Below, in pieces: positions 1 through 9,068 of a DNA stretch of 64,000 nucleotides (position 1 is its first letter; each line of letters starts with the position of its first letter). The notes below the pieces were generated by a model, which worked only from the letters and a program-made list of their open reading frames with translations, was not told the DNA's origin and did no database searches. This DNA is from Acidimicrobiia bacterium (GTDB lineage Bacteria > Actinomycetota > Acidimicrobiia > Spongiisociales > UBA11373), in contig JBBDMM010000011.1 in NCBI GenBank assembly GCA_040878325.1, forward strand, positions 1 through 64,000. Direction: 5' to 3'. A program made the translations under genes and the position numbers.

Positions 1-53
1 GACAGCAACCGCTGCCGGGACAACCAAGCCGCCACTAAACCCGGGGCGATTCA
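1..53. mobile_element. Probable terminal inverted repeat of an IS3-family element, remainder outside the window
   Basis: 32-53 reads TGAATCGCCCCGGGTTTAGTGG on the minus strand, resembling IS6110/IS3-type ends (TGAACCGCCCCGG...). Confidence 0.6.
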
Positions 54-163
54 AACCGGTCGCTCCAGGCAAGTCCGACTCGATTGCTCATCCGAACACG
101 TACCCAGGGATCCTCAAATCGCTGAGCCATCCATGCCCGGAACAGTCCCCCGCCGCGCACCTG

Positions 164-418
164 ATGAAACCCGAGATCGGAGATCATCCTGTTGCTCAGT
201 TCCTGCGCGAGCGCGGTGTTGACCGTTGGACGACTAAGTCAACCGGGGAGCGGTTTCACGTTGATGCCGCGACGGTTCGGAAGTGGCGGGATCGGTTCGT
301 CGCCGAGGGGAGTCGGAGCTTGCTGGATAGGTCGTCGCGGCCCCGTTGGCTCTCGAAACCGGATACTGCAACGCTAACGGAGGCGGGTTGTCGAGGCTGC
401 GGAGGCGACGTCGGGTAG
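164..418 (+). pseudogene. IS481/IS630-type transposase N-terminal HTH fragment
   Basis: ERFHVDAATVRKWRDRFVAEG..LLDRSSRP is a typical transposase HTH; no DDE domain follows. Confidence 0.7.
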
Positions 419-433
419 GGCGCTGACTTCAGC

Positions 434-460
434 GTGCTCGGGGCACCTCCCCGAAGAGCA
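434..460. terminator. Stem-loop downstream of the protease gene
   Basis: GTGCTC-GGGG...CCCC-GAA-GAGCAC inverted repeat. Confidence 0.3.
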
Positions 461-519
461 CAAGTAGTAAGCGCAAACGAGTGGCGAACCGGGGCGGGGT
501 TGCTCCTCTGAGCCGTCCA

Positions 520-1893
520 TTAACCCGTCTGAACGCTGAGGTCAAACAGAATCTCAGCGTTCTGGATCTTGCTGTAAGCCTCGAAGGCTTCGCCGCCTCC
601 GCCGGCGACCGGCAACCATCCGTGGTGAATCCCAAAGGCTTTAGAGCCGTTGAACCAAGGCCCGCCGGAGTCACCATCCTGAGAAGCACAGAAACCGCTG
701 AAGCATCCGTTGCTCAGAAGTACCATATCCTCCAATACGACAATATCACCAAGCCAGCTGATGGAAAAGCTGGCTGGGTTGTGCGATATGTACGCACATT
801 CGTAGTCCGTCGTCCTTCCGTAGCGACACACCAGCTGGTCAATGGGGTGTTGCAGATTGGATGCTCGGGACCCCACGGTCCTTCGAGCGTCACCATCTCT
901 CCAATGGAACTTGGGGAGGGCGTCATGAACCGTAGTGCGCCACTCGATATCGCCGTATTCCTCATCCCCGCTCTCAAGAGTCCCACCCCCCCACGGCGTG
1001 GAGAAAGGGCCGTGCTTTATGGTGCCATCGAGGTTGTGGTGGTACATCGTCGTTAGACCCTCACAGTGCGACGCCGTGAGGACCCCCTCTGCTCCGTTGG
1101 AGTTCTTCCTGACAACAAACGCAGAAGTGCAATATGCTACCGGATCTCCAGCGACGGGCATCTTTGACCCGCCGTAAGCGCCTGTAGCGCGGCCAAGGGT
1201 GGCCCCTTCAGGACGTATCTCAACGATCAGGTCACGGGCATCTACCTGGAATGCTTCGTCGAGTCTGATAGCGATCGCCTCGGCGAGCTCGGAGGCGGTC
1301 GTGAAAGACGGTCCGGGGGGATCAACGACGACCAGTGCGAGACGTTGCGTTCCCGGTTCGATACTGAGGACCAGGTGGGAGTATCCCAATCCCGTCACAG
1401 TGGCGACCACAGCTCGACTCAGAGTCTTCAAGTCCTCGTTGGAATACCTCATCCCTCCCTGCAGCTGAATACCGGGAACACCTGCACCACCGACCAACGA
1501 GACCACCTCAGAGGGCACTTCATCCTTGAAGAAGATCGTGGCCGTGCCAGGATTGAACCGGTCCAGCGCCGCACCCGCGAATTGGGACTGCTGGATGTCC
1601 TGGGGAATGCGATCAAGGAGATCGCCGAAGGCGATCTGGTAATCCAGCTGCTGACGAACAACCTCAAACGGCATATCGAACTTCTCGGCAATATAAGCGG
1701 CGTCAAAGTCAAGAGCCTCGGCCTCAGTCAGAGACAGTTCGTCCTCGTCATGGTCTTCGATCGAAGGGTGTGCCCCCACACCCGCGCCAAATGCCGTCGG
1801 AATACCCAGCAGAAGCGCCAAAGTCGCGAATCCGACCACAGACCGTCGCGCTCCCCTCGTCCGGGCAGTTGAACCCACCGCTCGTCTAGCCAT
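520..1893 (-). CDS. Secreted S1 (streptogrisin/alpha-lytic-type) serine protease with pro-region
   Basis: Signal peptide; CTSAF...LTASHC (His), GDIEW (Asp), GDSGGP (Ser); AAGGAG RBS. Confidence 0.9.
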   Translation of the reverse strand: MARRAVGSTARTRGARRSVVGFATLALLLGIPTAFGAGVGAHPSIEDHDEDELSLTEAEALDFDAAYIAEKFDMPFEVVRQQLDYQIAFGDLLDRIPQDIQQSQFAGAALDRFNPGTATIFFKDEVPSEVVSLVGGAGVPGIQLQGGMRYSNEDLKTLSRAVVATVTGLGYSHLVLSIEPGTQRLALVVVDPPGPSFTTASELAEAIAIRLDEAFQVDARDLIVEIRPEGATLGRATGAYGGSKMPVAGDPVAYCTSAFVVRKNSNGAEGVLTASHCEGLTTMYHHNLDGTIKHGPFSTPWGGGTLESGDEEYGDIEWRTTVHDALPKFHWRDGDARRTVGSRASNLQHPIDQLVCRYGRTTDYECAYISHNPASFSISWLGDIVVLEDMVLLSNGCFSGFCASQDGDSGGPWFNGSKAFGIHHGWLPVAGGGGEAFEAYSKIQNAEILFDLSVQTG

Positions 1894-2281
1894 CCCACTC
1901 CTTTCGGCTCAGTCCCCGTAGGCTACGAGCCAGAACTGCCGAATGTTGGGACTTCTTTCGCGACTCTGGCTTAGGCCGTTGTGTCGGCGTGGTTCGCGTT
2001 CCATCCTGTTAGGCCCACTGTGTTTATTCCCGGGCCGACTTCGGCCCTTCGGGCCGAACGGGCGCTGGTCGGCCCTCTTCCCCGAGGGGCGCCGACCCCT
2101 CGGACTGCTTGAGAGCCGGCGAGGTCGGCTACCATGAGTATCAACAAGTGTGCGCATTTGGCGTACGGCGCCGGTCCCGTTTTTGTTCCGTTTGGCGGGG
2201 TCTCCGTAGGATCCATGCGTCGGTCGCTGCGGGTTCCGGAAATGCGTCGCTTCGGACGGTTCAGGCTCGGAAGGAGCTGAC

Positions 2282-2326
2282 ATGTCCAACTATCGCCTGG
2301 TTCGCCCCGGCACGGAGATCCGATGA
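2282..2326 (+). CDS. Putative 14-aa small ORF (MSNYRLVRPGTEIR)
   Basis: AAGGAG RBS at 2271-2276; its stop overlaps the next ATG (ATGA). Confidence 0.35.
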   Translation: MSNYRLVRPGTEIR

Positions 2327-2484
2327 AGAACGACACCACCCGTATCGTCGATGGCAACCGGCAGCGGTGCATGGTCTGTGGGCATCCTCGCAAGGAACAC
2401 CATGAGAACGACTGCAGCGTTCCCAAGTGCCCCTGCAACGCTTACACGATGCGTGCCGCCAAGGGGCAAGCGGCCTCCTCGTGA
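2323..2484 (+). CDS. 53-aa Cys/His-rich putative zinc-binding small protein
   Basis: MKNDTTRIVDGNRQRCMVCGHPRKEHHENDCSVPKCPCNAYTMRAAKGQAASS; CxxCGH-x4-H-x4-C-x4-CxC; GGAG RBS. Confidence 0.7.
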   Translation: MKNDTTRIVDGNRQRCMVCGHPRKEHHENDCSVPKCPCNAYTMRAAKGQAASS

Positions 2485-2675
2485 CCTCGAACCCGGCCGA
2501 GCCGACCGAGGACGAGCGCCGCAAGAGTGATTCCGCCGAGGCCGAACGGCTTCGGATCCAGGAAAGCGCCGCGGCCGAGCACGTCCGCAAGGAGTCGAAT
2601 GCCGAAGCCGAACGGGTGCGCCTCAAGGATCACGACGAGGCCGAGGTCCGCCGCCGCGAAGACCGTACAGGCTGA
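2481..2675 (+). CDS. 64-aa charged helical hypothetical protein
   Basis: GTGA overlap with the upstream stop; GC-rich third positions; internal repeat RKSDSAEAERLR / RKESNAEAERVR. Confidence 0.5.
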   Translation: MTSNPAEPTEDERRKSDSAEAERLRIQESAAAEHVRKESNAEAERVRLKDHDEAEVRRREDRTG

Positions 2676-4499
2676 TCAGCGCTGCTTGAGGCGCTTGCGT
2701 TCGCTCTCGGTCAGGTGGCGCTTCCGCACCCTGATTGCGCTGGGGGTCACCTCGACGAGTTCGTCGTCTGAGATCCATTCGACCGCCAATTCCAGGGTCA
2801 GGGCACGGTGGGGCTTGAGCTTGATCGCCTCGTCGGCGTTGGCGGCACGGATGTTCGTCAGTTCCTTGGGCTTGGCCGGGTTGACCTGCATCTCTCCCGG
2901 TCGGGACGCCTCGCCGATGATCATCCCCTCGTAGACCTCTTCTCCCGGGCCGACGAACAACTCACCCCGCTTCTGCAGATTGTCGAGGGCGAATCCGGTG
3001 GTGTTTCCCTTGCGGTCGGCCACGATCGCCCCTCCGATCCGGTGGGGGAGTTCCCCGGCCCACGGCATCCACCCGGCGTGATGCTGATGGACCAGGGCGG
3101 TGCCACGGGTCGAGGTCATCAAGAGTGATCGGAACCCGATGAGGCCGCGGGCCGGTGCCTCCAGCGTCACGACGGTGCGTCCGGTGTCGCCCGGGCGCAG
3201 GTCGGTGATCTTGCCTTTGCGCGGCGCCGCCGCCTGGGTGATGGTTCCGACGTGCTCGTCTGGCACATCGACCACAGCCCGCTCCAACGGCTCGTGCGGC
3301 TTGCCGTTGATCTCGCGAATGACCACTTCGGGCCGGCTCACCTGGAGCTCGAATCCTTCGCGGCGCATCGTCTCGATGAGCACACACAGCTGCAGCTCGC
3401 CGCGACCGGACACCTCGATCACCTCAGGGGACGAGGTGTTGCCGATCCGAATCGAGACATTGCCGAGCACCTCTTTCTCGAGGCGCTCGCGAATCTGGCG
3501 GGAGGTCAGCAACTTCCCATCTCGCCCCGACAGCGGCGCGGTGTTCACCCCGAAGGTCATCCGCAGGACCGGCTCGTCGACTTCGAGCCGGGGGAGTGGA
3601 ACCGGGTTGATCGGGTCGGCCAGGGTGTCGCCGATCTCCACCTCAGGAAATCCCGCGATCACGAACAGGTCCCCGGCGGTTCGCTCCTCCACGTCGACTC
3701 TCCCCAAACCAACGAACCCGAGGAGCTGGGTCAGCCGCCGTTTGAGTGGCGGCTCCTCGACATTCGAGTGGCACAACACCACCTGATGCCCGCTGCGAAG
3801 AGTGCCCTGGACCACTCTGCCGATGGCCAGGCGCCCCAGGTAGTCGGACGCGTCGAGGTTGGTTACGAGGGCCTGCAGCGGGGCGTCACTGTCGCCCGCG
3901 GGAGCGGGGATCGACTCCACGATGGCGTCGAGCAGTGGCCCGAGATCGGCGCCGTCGTCGGGCACGCCCAACCCCACCATCGCCCTGCCGAGTCGGGCCA
4001 CCGTGGAGATGATCGGGAATTCGATGTTCTCTTCGGAGGCGTCGAGGTCGAGGAAGAGTTGGTAGACCTCGTCGACCACCGCATCGATACGGGCCTCGCG
4101 GCGATCCACCTTGTTGATGACCACCACTGCCGGCAGGTGAAGGGCGAGCGCCTTCGAGAGCACGTAGCGGGTCTGGGGCATGGGGCCCTCTGCGGCATCG
4201 ACGAGCAGGAGCACGCCATCGACCATGGCCAGCGCCCGCTCGACCTCGCCCCCGAAGTCGGCGTGTCCGGGGGTGTCGACGAGGTTGATCTTCGTGCCCT
4301 TCCACTCCACAGAGGCGGCCTTGGCCAGGATCGTGATGCCGCGTTCACGCTCCTGGTCGCTCGAGTCCATGACGCGATCGACCCTGGCTTCGTGCGCCGA
4401 GAACACTCCAGTAGCGCCGAGCATGGCGTCGACCAGCGTTGTCTTGCCGTGGTCGACGTGGGCGATCAGTGCGACGTTGCGGATCGAGGCAGGCGGCAT
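2676..4499 (-). CDS. typA: Translational GTPase TypA/BipA
   Basis: [48 protein letters not shown], BipA C-terminus. Confidence 0.97.
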   Translation of the reverse strand: MPPASIRNVALIAHVDHGKTTLVDAMLGATGVFSAHEARVDRVMDSSDQERERGITILAKAASVEWKGTKINLVDTPGHADFGGEVERALAMVDGVLLLVDAAEGPMPQTRYVLSKALALHLPAVVVINKVDRREARIDAVVDEVYQLFLDLDASEENIEFPIISTVARLGRAMVGLGVPDDGADLGPLLDAIVESIPAPAGDSDAPLQALVTNLDASDYLGRLAIGRVVQGTLRSGHQVVLCHSNVEEPPLKRRLTQLLGFVGLGRVDVEERTAGDLFVIAGFPEVEIGDTLADPINPVPLPRLEVDEPVLRMTFGVNTAPLSGRDGKLLTSRQIRERLEKEVLGNVSIRIGNTSSPEVIEVSGRGELQLCVLIETMRREGFELQVSRPEVVIREINGKPHEPLERAVVDVPDEHVGTITQAAAPRKGKITDLRPGDTGRTVVTLEAPARGLIGFRSLLMTSTRGTALVHQHHAGWMPWAGELPHRIGGAIVADRKGNTTGFALDNLQKRGELFVGPGEEVYEGMIIGEASRPGEMQVNPAKPKELTNIRAANADEAIKLKPHRALTLELAVEWISDDELVEVTPSAIRVRKRHLTESERKRLKQR

Positions 4500-4512
4500 G
4501 ATTTGACTGCTG

Positions 4513-6075
4513 TCAGGCGCCTTGACCGCGGGGGCGGGCAAGCCTGACCGTCAGGTCGCGTCCCTCCATGTCGGCTCCGTGCAGGGCGTCGACCGCAGTG
4601 GCGGCCTCGCGGGGATGCATGTCGACGAACCCGAACCCGCGGGACCTGCCGGTCTTGCGGTCGATGATGATCGTCGTCTGATGGACGGTGCCGAAGGGGC
4701 TGAACAGTGCGGCGAGGTCCTGGTCGGTGGTCGTCCACGGGAGGTTGGCCACGTACAGGCTCTCGGCACCCGGAGGTGTCTGCTTTGCGGCAGAGAACAC
4801 CTTGTCGGCTCCGTTGCCCGTCGAGCTGTGCTCCGCAGACCGGCGGGGCGCGCTCGCCTCACGGCCCCGCGGACGGTCGGTTCGACCGCGTCCGCGCTCG
4901 CTGTCGCGCTCGCGCCGTTTGGTGGGCAGGCTTCCCATCGTGTGCCCGCCGTTGCGTAGCGACGCCATGCTCGGGATGTCGAAGCTCGAGCGAAGCCCCA
5001 GATCCTGCTGGAGGCGCTTGGCGGCGCGCTCCTGGTCGCGTCCCACCAGGCTGACCACGGTTCCTGTGGCGCCGGCGCGGGCAGTGCGGCCCGAGCGGTG
5101 CAGATAATCTTTGTGGTCGGTGGGCAGGTCGAAGTGGATCACCGAGGCGACCGCTTCGACGTGGATCCCGCGGGCGGCGACATCGGTGGCGATGAGCGCC
5201 TTGACCCGGCCGTTCGAGAAACTCGCCAGCGCCGCATTGCGCTGACCCTGCGAGCGTCCTCCATGGAGCACGGCTGAAGCCACGCCCAACTTGTCGAGCT
5301 GCTTGGCGAGGCGGTCCGCCCCGTGGCGAGTACGGGTGAAGACGATGGAGCGACCCATTTCGCCGACCACCTGAGCCGTTTGCTGCACCCGGTCGTGGCT
5401 GTCCACCGACCAGAAGTGGTGGCGGGCATCGATCGTGTCGGGCTCCACGGTGCCGGCGTCATGCCGAACCGGATTCCGTTGATAGTCGCGGCTCAGCACC
5501 GCGACATCACCGTCGAGGGTGGCGGAGAAGAGCATCGTCTGGCGATTGCGGGCCGTCTTGTCGAGGATCCTCCGCACCGCCGGCATGAATCCCATGTCGG
5601 CCATGCGGTCGGCTTCGTCGACGACCACGATTTCGACCTCGGCCAGATCGATCAATCGCTGTTCGATGAGGTCTTCGAGTCGGCCCGGGGTGGCGACGAG
5701 GACGTCGATCCCGCGGCGGAGCGCGTTCTTCTGCGGCCCGTAAGACACGCCGCCGTAGATGGCGAACACGCTGCGCGAGGCGATGCCGGCCAGCGGCGCC
5801 AGCTCCCGCTTTATCTGCTCGGCGAGCTCGCGCGTTGGGGCGAGGATCAACGCCCGGGGGCGGTTCTTGTTGGCGCGGGCGACCCGAGCCAGCATCGGCA
5901 GGCCGAAGGCCAGCGTCTTGCCGGATCCGGTGGGCGCTTTGCCCGAGACATCCCGGCCTTCCATGACATCGGGGATGGCGGCGGATTGGATCGGGAACGG
6001 GTCGGTGATACCGCCCTTGGCAAGGGCGCGCACGAGCGGTTCGGGCAGCCCGAGTTGGGCGAACGTGATGGACAT
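4513..6075 (-). CDS. DEAD-box RNA helicase with C-terminal RRM domain
   Basis: Q motif, APTGSGKT, PTRELA, DEAD, SAT, HRSGRTAR; C-terminal LYVANL (RNP2) and RGFGFV (RNP1); AGGAG RBS. Confidence 0.95.
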   Translation of the reverse strand: MSITFAQLGLPEPLVRALAKGGITDPFPIQSAAIPDVMEGRDVSGKAPTGSGKTLAFGLPMLARVARANKNRPRALILAPTRELAEQIKRELAPLAGIASRSVFAIYGGVSYGPQKNALRRGIDVLVATPGRLEDLIEQRLIDLAEVEIVVVDEADRMADMGFMPAVRRILDKTARNRQTMLFSATLDGDVAVLSRDYQRNPVRHDAGTVEPDTIDARHHFWSVDSHDRVQQTAQVVGEMGRSIVFTRTRHGADRLAKQLDKLGVASAVLHGGRSQGQRNAALASFSNGRVKALIATDVAARGIHVEAVASVIHFDLPTDHKDYLHRSGRTARAGATGTVVSLVGRDQERAAKRLQQDLGLRSSFDIPSMASLRNGGHTMGSLPTKRRERDSERGRGRTDRPRGREASAPRRSAEHSSTGNGADKVFSAAKQTPPGAESLYVANLPWTTTDQDLAALFSPFGTVHQTTIIIDRKTGRSRGFGFVDMHPREAATAVDALHGADMEGRDLTVRLARPRGQGA

Positions 6076-6263
6076 GAGTGAGTCTCTCCTGGCCCCCGGA
6101 GGGGTGATCGATTGAATGTGCCGAGCTCTGCCCAACCGGCGCGGCAACACGCCGTGCGCGGTCGAGGGTCGGCCGAAGAGGCAATCGAGCCGGGGAACAA
6201 GCCATACCGTTGAGTCACCGGGGAAGCGAATTTCCGCTGGCCTCCACCCGGTGCGGCCTTCCC

Positions 6264-6269
6264 ACTGTA
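6264..6269 (-). promoter_or_regulatory. Candidate -10 element (TACAGT) for the helicase-typA transcript
   Basis: TAnnnT consensus about 190 nt upstream of the start codon. Confidence 0.35.
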
Positions 6270-6343
6270 ACAGGCATCGCGACCCGTCCATTCCCAGGCC
6301 GACCGGGGTGTTCTTACCGGTGTGGGGACGCTAGAAAGGGGTC

Positions 6344-7342
6344 GTGCTGGCTGCCCCTGCAATTCCTCGCGAGAACTTCGTCTCCATCGACGTGCCGATG
6401 GGAGCTTGGATCGGCCTCGGCATCACCATCCTCATCCTGCTGTCCATCGACCTCTATCGCCATCGGGACGACCACGAGCCTTCGCAACGCGAAGCGCTAT
6501 TCGAATCGGGGGCCTGGGTGGCTTGCGGCCTGGCCTTTTCCGGCGTCGTCGCGTTCGTGTGGGGCGCAGAAGCATTCGGCGAATATCTGTCGGGGTACCT
6601 GATCGAGAAGTCCCTCAGCGTGGACAACGTCTTTGTGTGGGCGATCCTCCTCACGACGCTGGCCGTGCCCCTCAAGTACCAGCACCGGGTGCTGTTCTGG
6701 GGAATCTTCGGGGCGCTGGTGTTCCGGGGGCTGTTCATCGGCCTCGGCACCGCGCTGGTCACCCGGTTCGTGTTCGTCCTGGTGATCTTCGGAGTGTTTC
6801 TCGTGTTCACCGGAGCAAAGGTCATCCGGCACCGCGACGACGAAGGAGAAGGTGCGAACAAGATCCTCGGACTGGTGCAACGTTTCGTGCCGGTGTCGAA
6901 GGAACTCGATGGGCACAACTTCTTCACGAAGGTCAACGGGCGACGCCTCGCCACCCCGCTGTTCGCCGCCCTGATCGTGGTGGAGATCACCGACATCATC
7001 TTCGCGGTCGACTCGGTGCCGGCGATCCTGGCCGTCTCGCACGAACCGTTCCTGGTCTACTCGTCCAACGCCTTTGCGATCCTCGGCCTGCGGGCGATGT
7101 ACTTCCTACTCGCCAACGCCCGCAAGCGGTTCCACTACCTGTCGCACGGACTGGGAGCGGTGTTGATCTTCGTGGGGCTCAAGATGACTGTGGCCCCGTG
7201 GTACCACGTCAACACCTTCCTCTCTCTCGGGGTGATCCTCTCGATCCTGGCCGCGGCGATGATCTTCAGCGAGCGACGCCAGCGGAGGCTGCAGGCGGCG
7301 GGGGACCCGGCGCACCTGCCGCACGACCACGACGAGGTCTAG
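6344..7342 (+). CDS. TerC/Alx family metal homeostasis membrane protein
   Basis: GYLIEKSLSVDNVFV, QHRVLFWGI, DIIFAVDSVPA, SNAFAILGLRAMYF. Confidence 0.95.
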   Translation: MLAAPAIPRENFVSIDVPMGAWIGLGITILILLSIDLYRHRDDHEPSQREALFESGAWVACGLAFSGVVAFVWGAEAFGEYLSGYLIEKSLSVDNVFVWAILLTTLAVPLKYQHRVLFWGIFGALVFRGLFIGLGTALVTRFVFVLVIFGVFLVFTGAKVIRHRDDEGEGANKILGLVQRFVPVSKELDGHNFFTKVNGRRLATPLFAALIVVEITDIIFAVDSVPAILAVSHEPFLVYSSNAFAILGLRAMYFLLANARKRFHYLSHGLGAVLIFVGLKMTVAPWYHVNTFLSLGVILSILAAAMIFSERRQRRLQAAGDPAHLPHDHDEV

Positions 7343-7674
7343 TGGCCGCTGCCGACCGCCCGGCTGATGGCCAGCTGGGCATCGGCGAGATCCTCCAACA
7401 TCCGGGCGTAGATAGGCATGCGCTTCTCCGTGCAGCAGCCGACCTGCAAGCGCCCGATCTGACTGCCCATCTCCTCGAGGGTCACGATGGCGGCCGGGGC
7501 CACCTCGGGCTTGGATGCGATCTCCTCGATCTCCCGGCGGACGGCAGCCAGGGCGGCGGCCAGTGCCTTCATCCGCGGGCTGCGTCCTGGGTCGCAGCAG
7601 CCGGCGTCGAGTTTCGCCAGGGCGACCTCGAAGTCGGCCAGAGCCGCTCCGGCGATCGGAGCCACCGCCCCCAT
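7339..7674 (-). CDS. Hypothetical helical protein with two GCC motifs
   Basis: TGATG coupling to the aminotransferase; AGCCDPGRSPRM and VGCCTEKRMPIY. Confidence 0.75.
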   Translation of the reverse strand: MGAVAPIAGAALADFEVALAKLDAGCCDPGRSPRMKALAAALAAVRREIEEIASKPEVAPAAIVTLEEMGSQIGRLQVGCCTEKRMPIYARMLEDLADAQLAISRAVGSGH

Positions 7675-8984
7675 CAACCCAGTGCCTCACCCAGGGCTTC
7701 GCGGAACGCAGTCAGCGAAAGTTCGACCTCGGCGTCACCGTGGGCCGCCGAGACGAACCATGGCTCCCGGGCGTCGTCGCAGGGCATGACGCCGCGGGCG
7801 ATCATTCCCATCACGACCTTCGAGTACAGCTCCTCGTCATGCCCCCCGACATCCCGGAAATCGCGCGGCGGCTCTTCACCGAAGAAGATCCCGAACATCG
7901 ACGGTGGTCCGAGCACATGGGCAGCCAACCCCTTCTCCGAGCAGATGCCGCGGATGCCCTCGATCAGGGCAGTGCCGGCGCGGTCGACCGCGGCGAGCGG
8001 TGCTCCGGTCAGCAACTCACGAATGGTGGCGGCGGTCGCCGCGGCCGACAGACCATTGCCCGAATAGGTGCCCGCCTGCATCACCCCGCCGTCGGCCCAG
8101 GCCCCCACCACGTGTTCGCGCCCGGCCACCGCTGCCACCGGGAACCCGTTGCCCATCGACTTGGCGAAGGTCGCCACGTCGGGAGTCACCCCGAACCACT
8201 CCTGGGCGCCGCCGAGGGCGATGCGGAAGCCGGTCTTCACCTCGTCGAAGATCAACACCACGCCGTGCTCGTCGCACAGGGAACGGAGCCCGGCGAGATA
8301 GCCGTCGTCGGGCATCACTCCGAAGTAGTTGCCCATGATCGGCTCCACGATCACGCAGGCGATCCGTCCCCCGTCTCGCACGAACAGGCGCTTCACGGCT
8401 TCGAGGTCGTTGAACGGCAGGGTGCGCACCAACGCCCGGATGGCCTCGGGAATGCCGGAGGAGGTTTGCAGCGGCACCGGGCTGCGGCGCGAACCCATGG
8501 CGCCGGGTGCCGCACCCGCGGTGGAGAACAGCACGTAGTCGTGGGCGCCGTGATAGGAACCTTCGAACTTGAGGATGATGTCCTTGCCGGTCACCGCCCG
8601 GGCGAGCCGGATGGCGTGCATGGTTGCCTCGGTGCCGGTGTTGGTGAACCGCAGCCGGTCCACCCACGGCACCGCCGCCTTGAACAGCTCGGCGGCCTCG
8701 ATCTCGCGCGCCGACGTCATCGCGAAGGTCGTGCCTGAAGCAGCGGCCTCGGCCACCGCCGAAGAGATGGCGGGATGGGCATGGCCGAGGATCACCGGGC
8801 CGAACCCCAACTGGTAGTCGACATACCGCTTGCCGTCCATGTCCTCGACGTAGGCTCCGTCGCCTCGCTGGATCACCAGCGTGTCCTCGGGGCCCCAGTA
8901 GCGAAACCCGCTCGACACGCCGTTGACCAGCACGGCGTTCGCCCTCTGATACCAGTCTGAAGTGGTGGGACCCTGCAGGCCCAT
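7674..8984 (-). CDS. Class III PLP aminotransferase (GSA-aminomutase-like subfamily)
   Basis: GPVILGH, NTGTEATM, FEGSYHG, LIFDEVKTGFR, FAKSMGNG (PLP Lys), AGTYSGN. Confidence 0.92.
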   Translation of the reverse strand: MGLQGPTTSDWYQRANAVLVNGVSSGFRYWGPEDTLVIQRGDGAYVEDMDGKRYVDYQLGFGPVILGHAHPAISSAVAEAAASGTTFAMTSAREIEAAELFKAAVPWVDRLRFTNTGTEATMHAIRLARAVTGKDIILKFEGSYHGAHDYVLFSTAGAAPGAMGSRRSPVPLQTSSGIPEAIRALVRTLPFNDLEAVKRLFVRDGGRIACVIVEPIMGNYFGVMPDDGYLAGLRSLCDEHGVVLIFDEVKTGFRIALGGAQEWFGVTPDVATFAKSMGNGFPVAAVAGREHVVGAWADGGVMQAGTYSGNGLSAAATAATIRELLTGAPLAAVDRAGTALIEGIRGICSEKGLAAHVLGPPSMFGIFFGEEPPRDFRDVGGHDEELYSKVVMGMIARGVMPCDDAREPWFVSAAHGDAEVELSLTAFREALGEALG

Positions 8985-9068
8985 GGTTTGAACTCCTCTC
9001 GCGGAGCGGCGAGTGTAAGGGGTGAGCGCTCCGCTGGTAGCGTCGCTCGTCCGGAGTGGGAGGTGGAA

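Noticed and set aside
3252..4547. Long antisense and alternative-frame ORFs, here and throughout the window
   Set aside because: Shadows of real genes caused by high-GC codon bias; no recognisable motifs
6200..6343. yybP-ykoY (Mn) riboswitch expected upstream of terC/alx
   Set aside because: Could not find the conserved GGGGAGUAGC or CAAGAC-type elements by eye; an Rfam scan would settle it
7674..8984. Assigning the symbol hemL
   Set aside because: GSA-like, but lacks the typical VNSPVR start and sits among polyamine genes rather than hem genes
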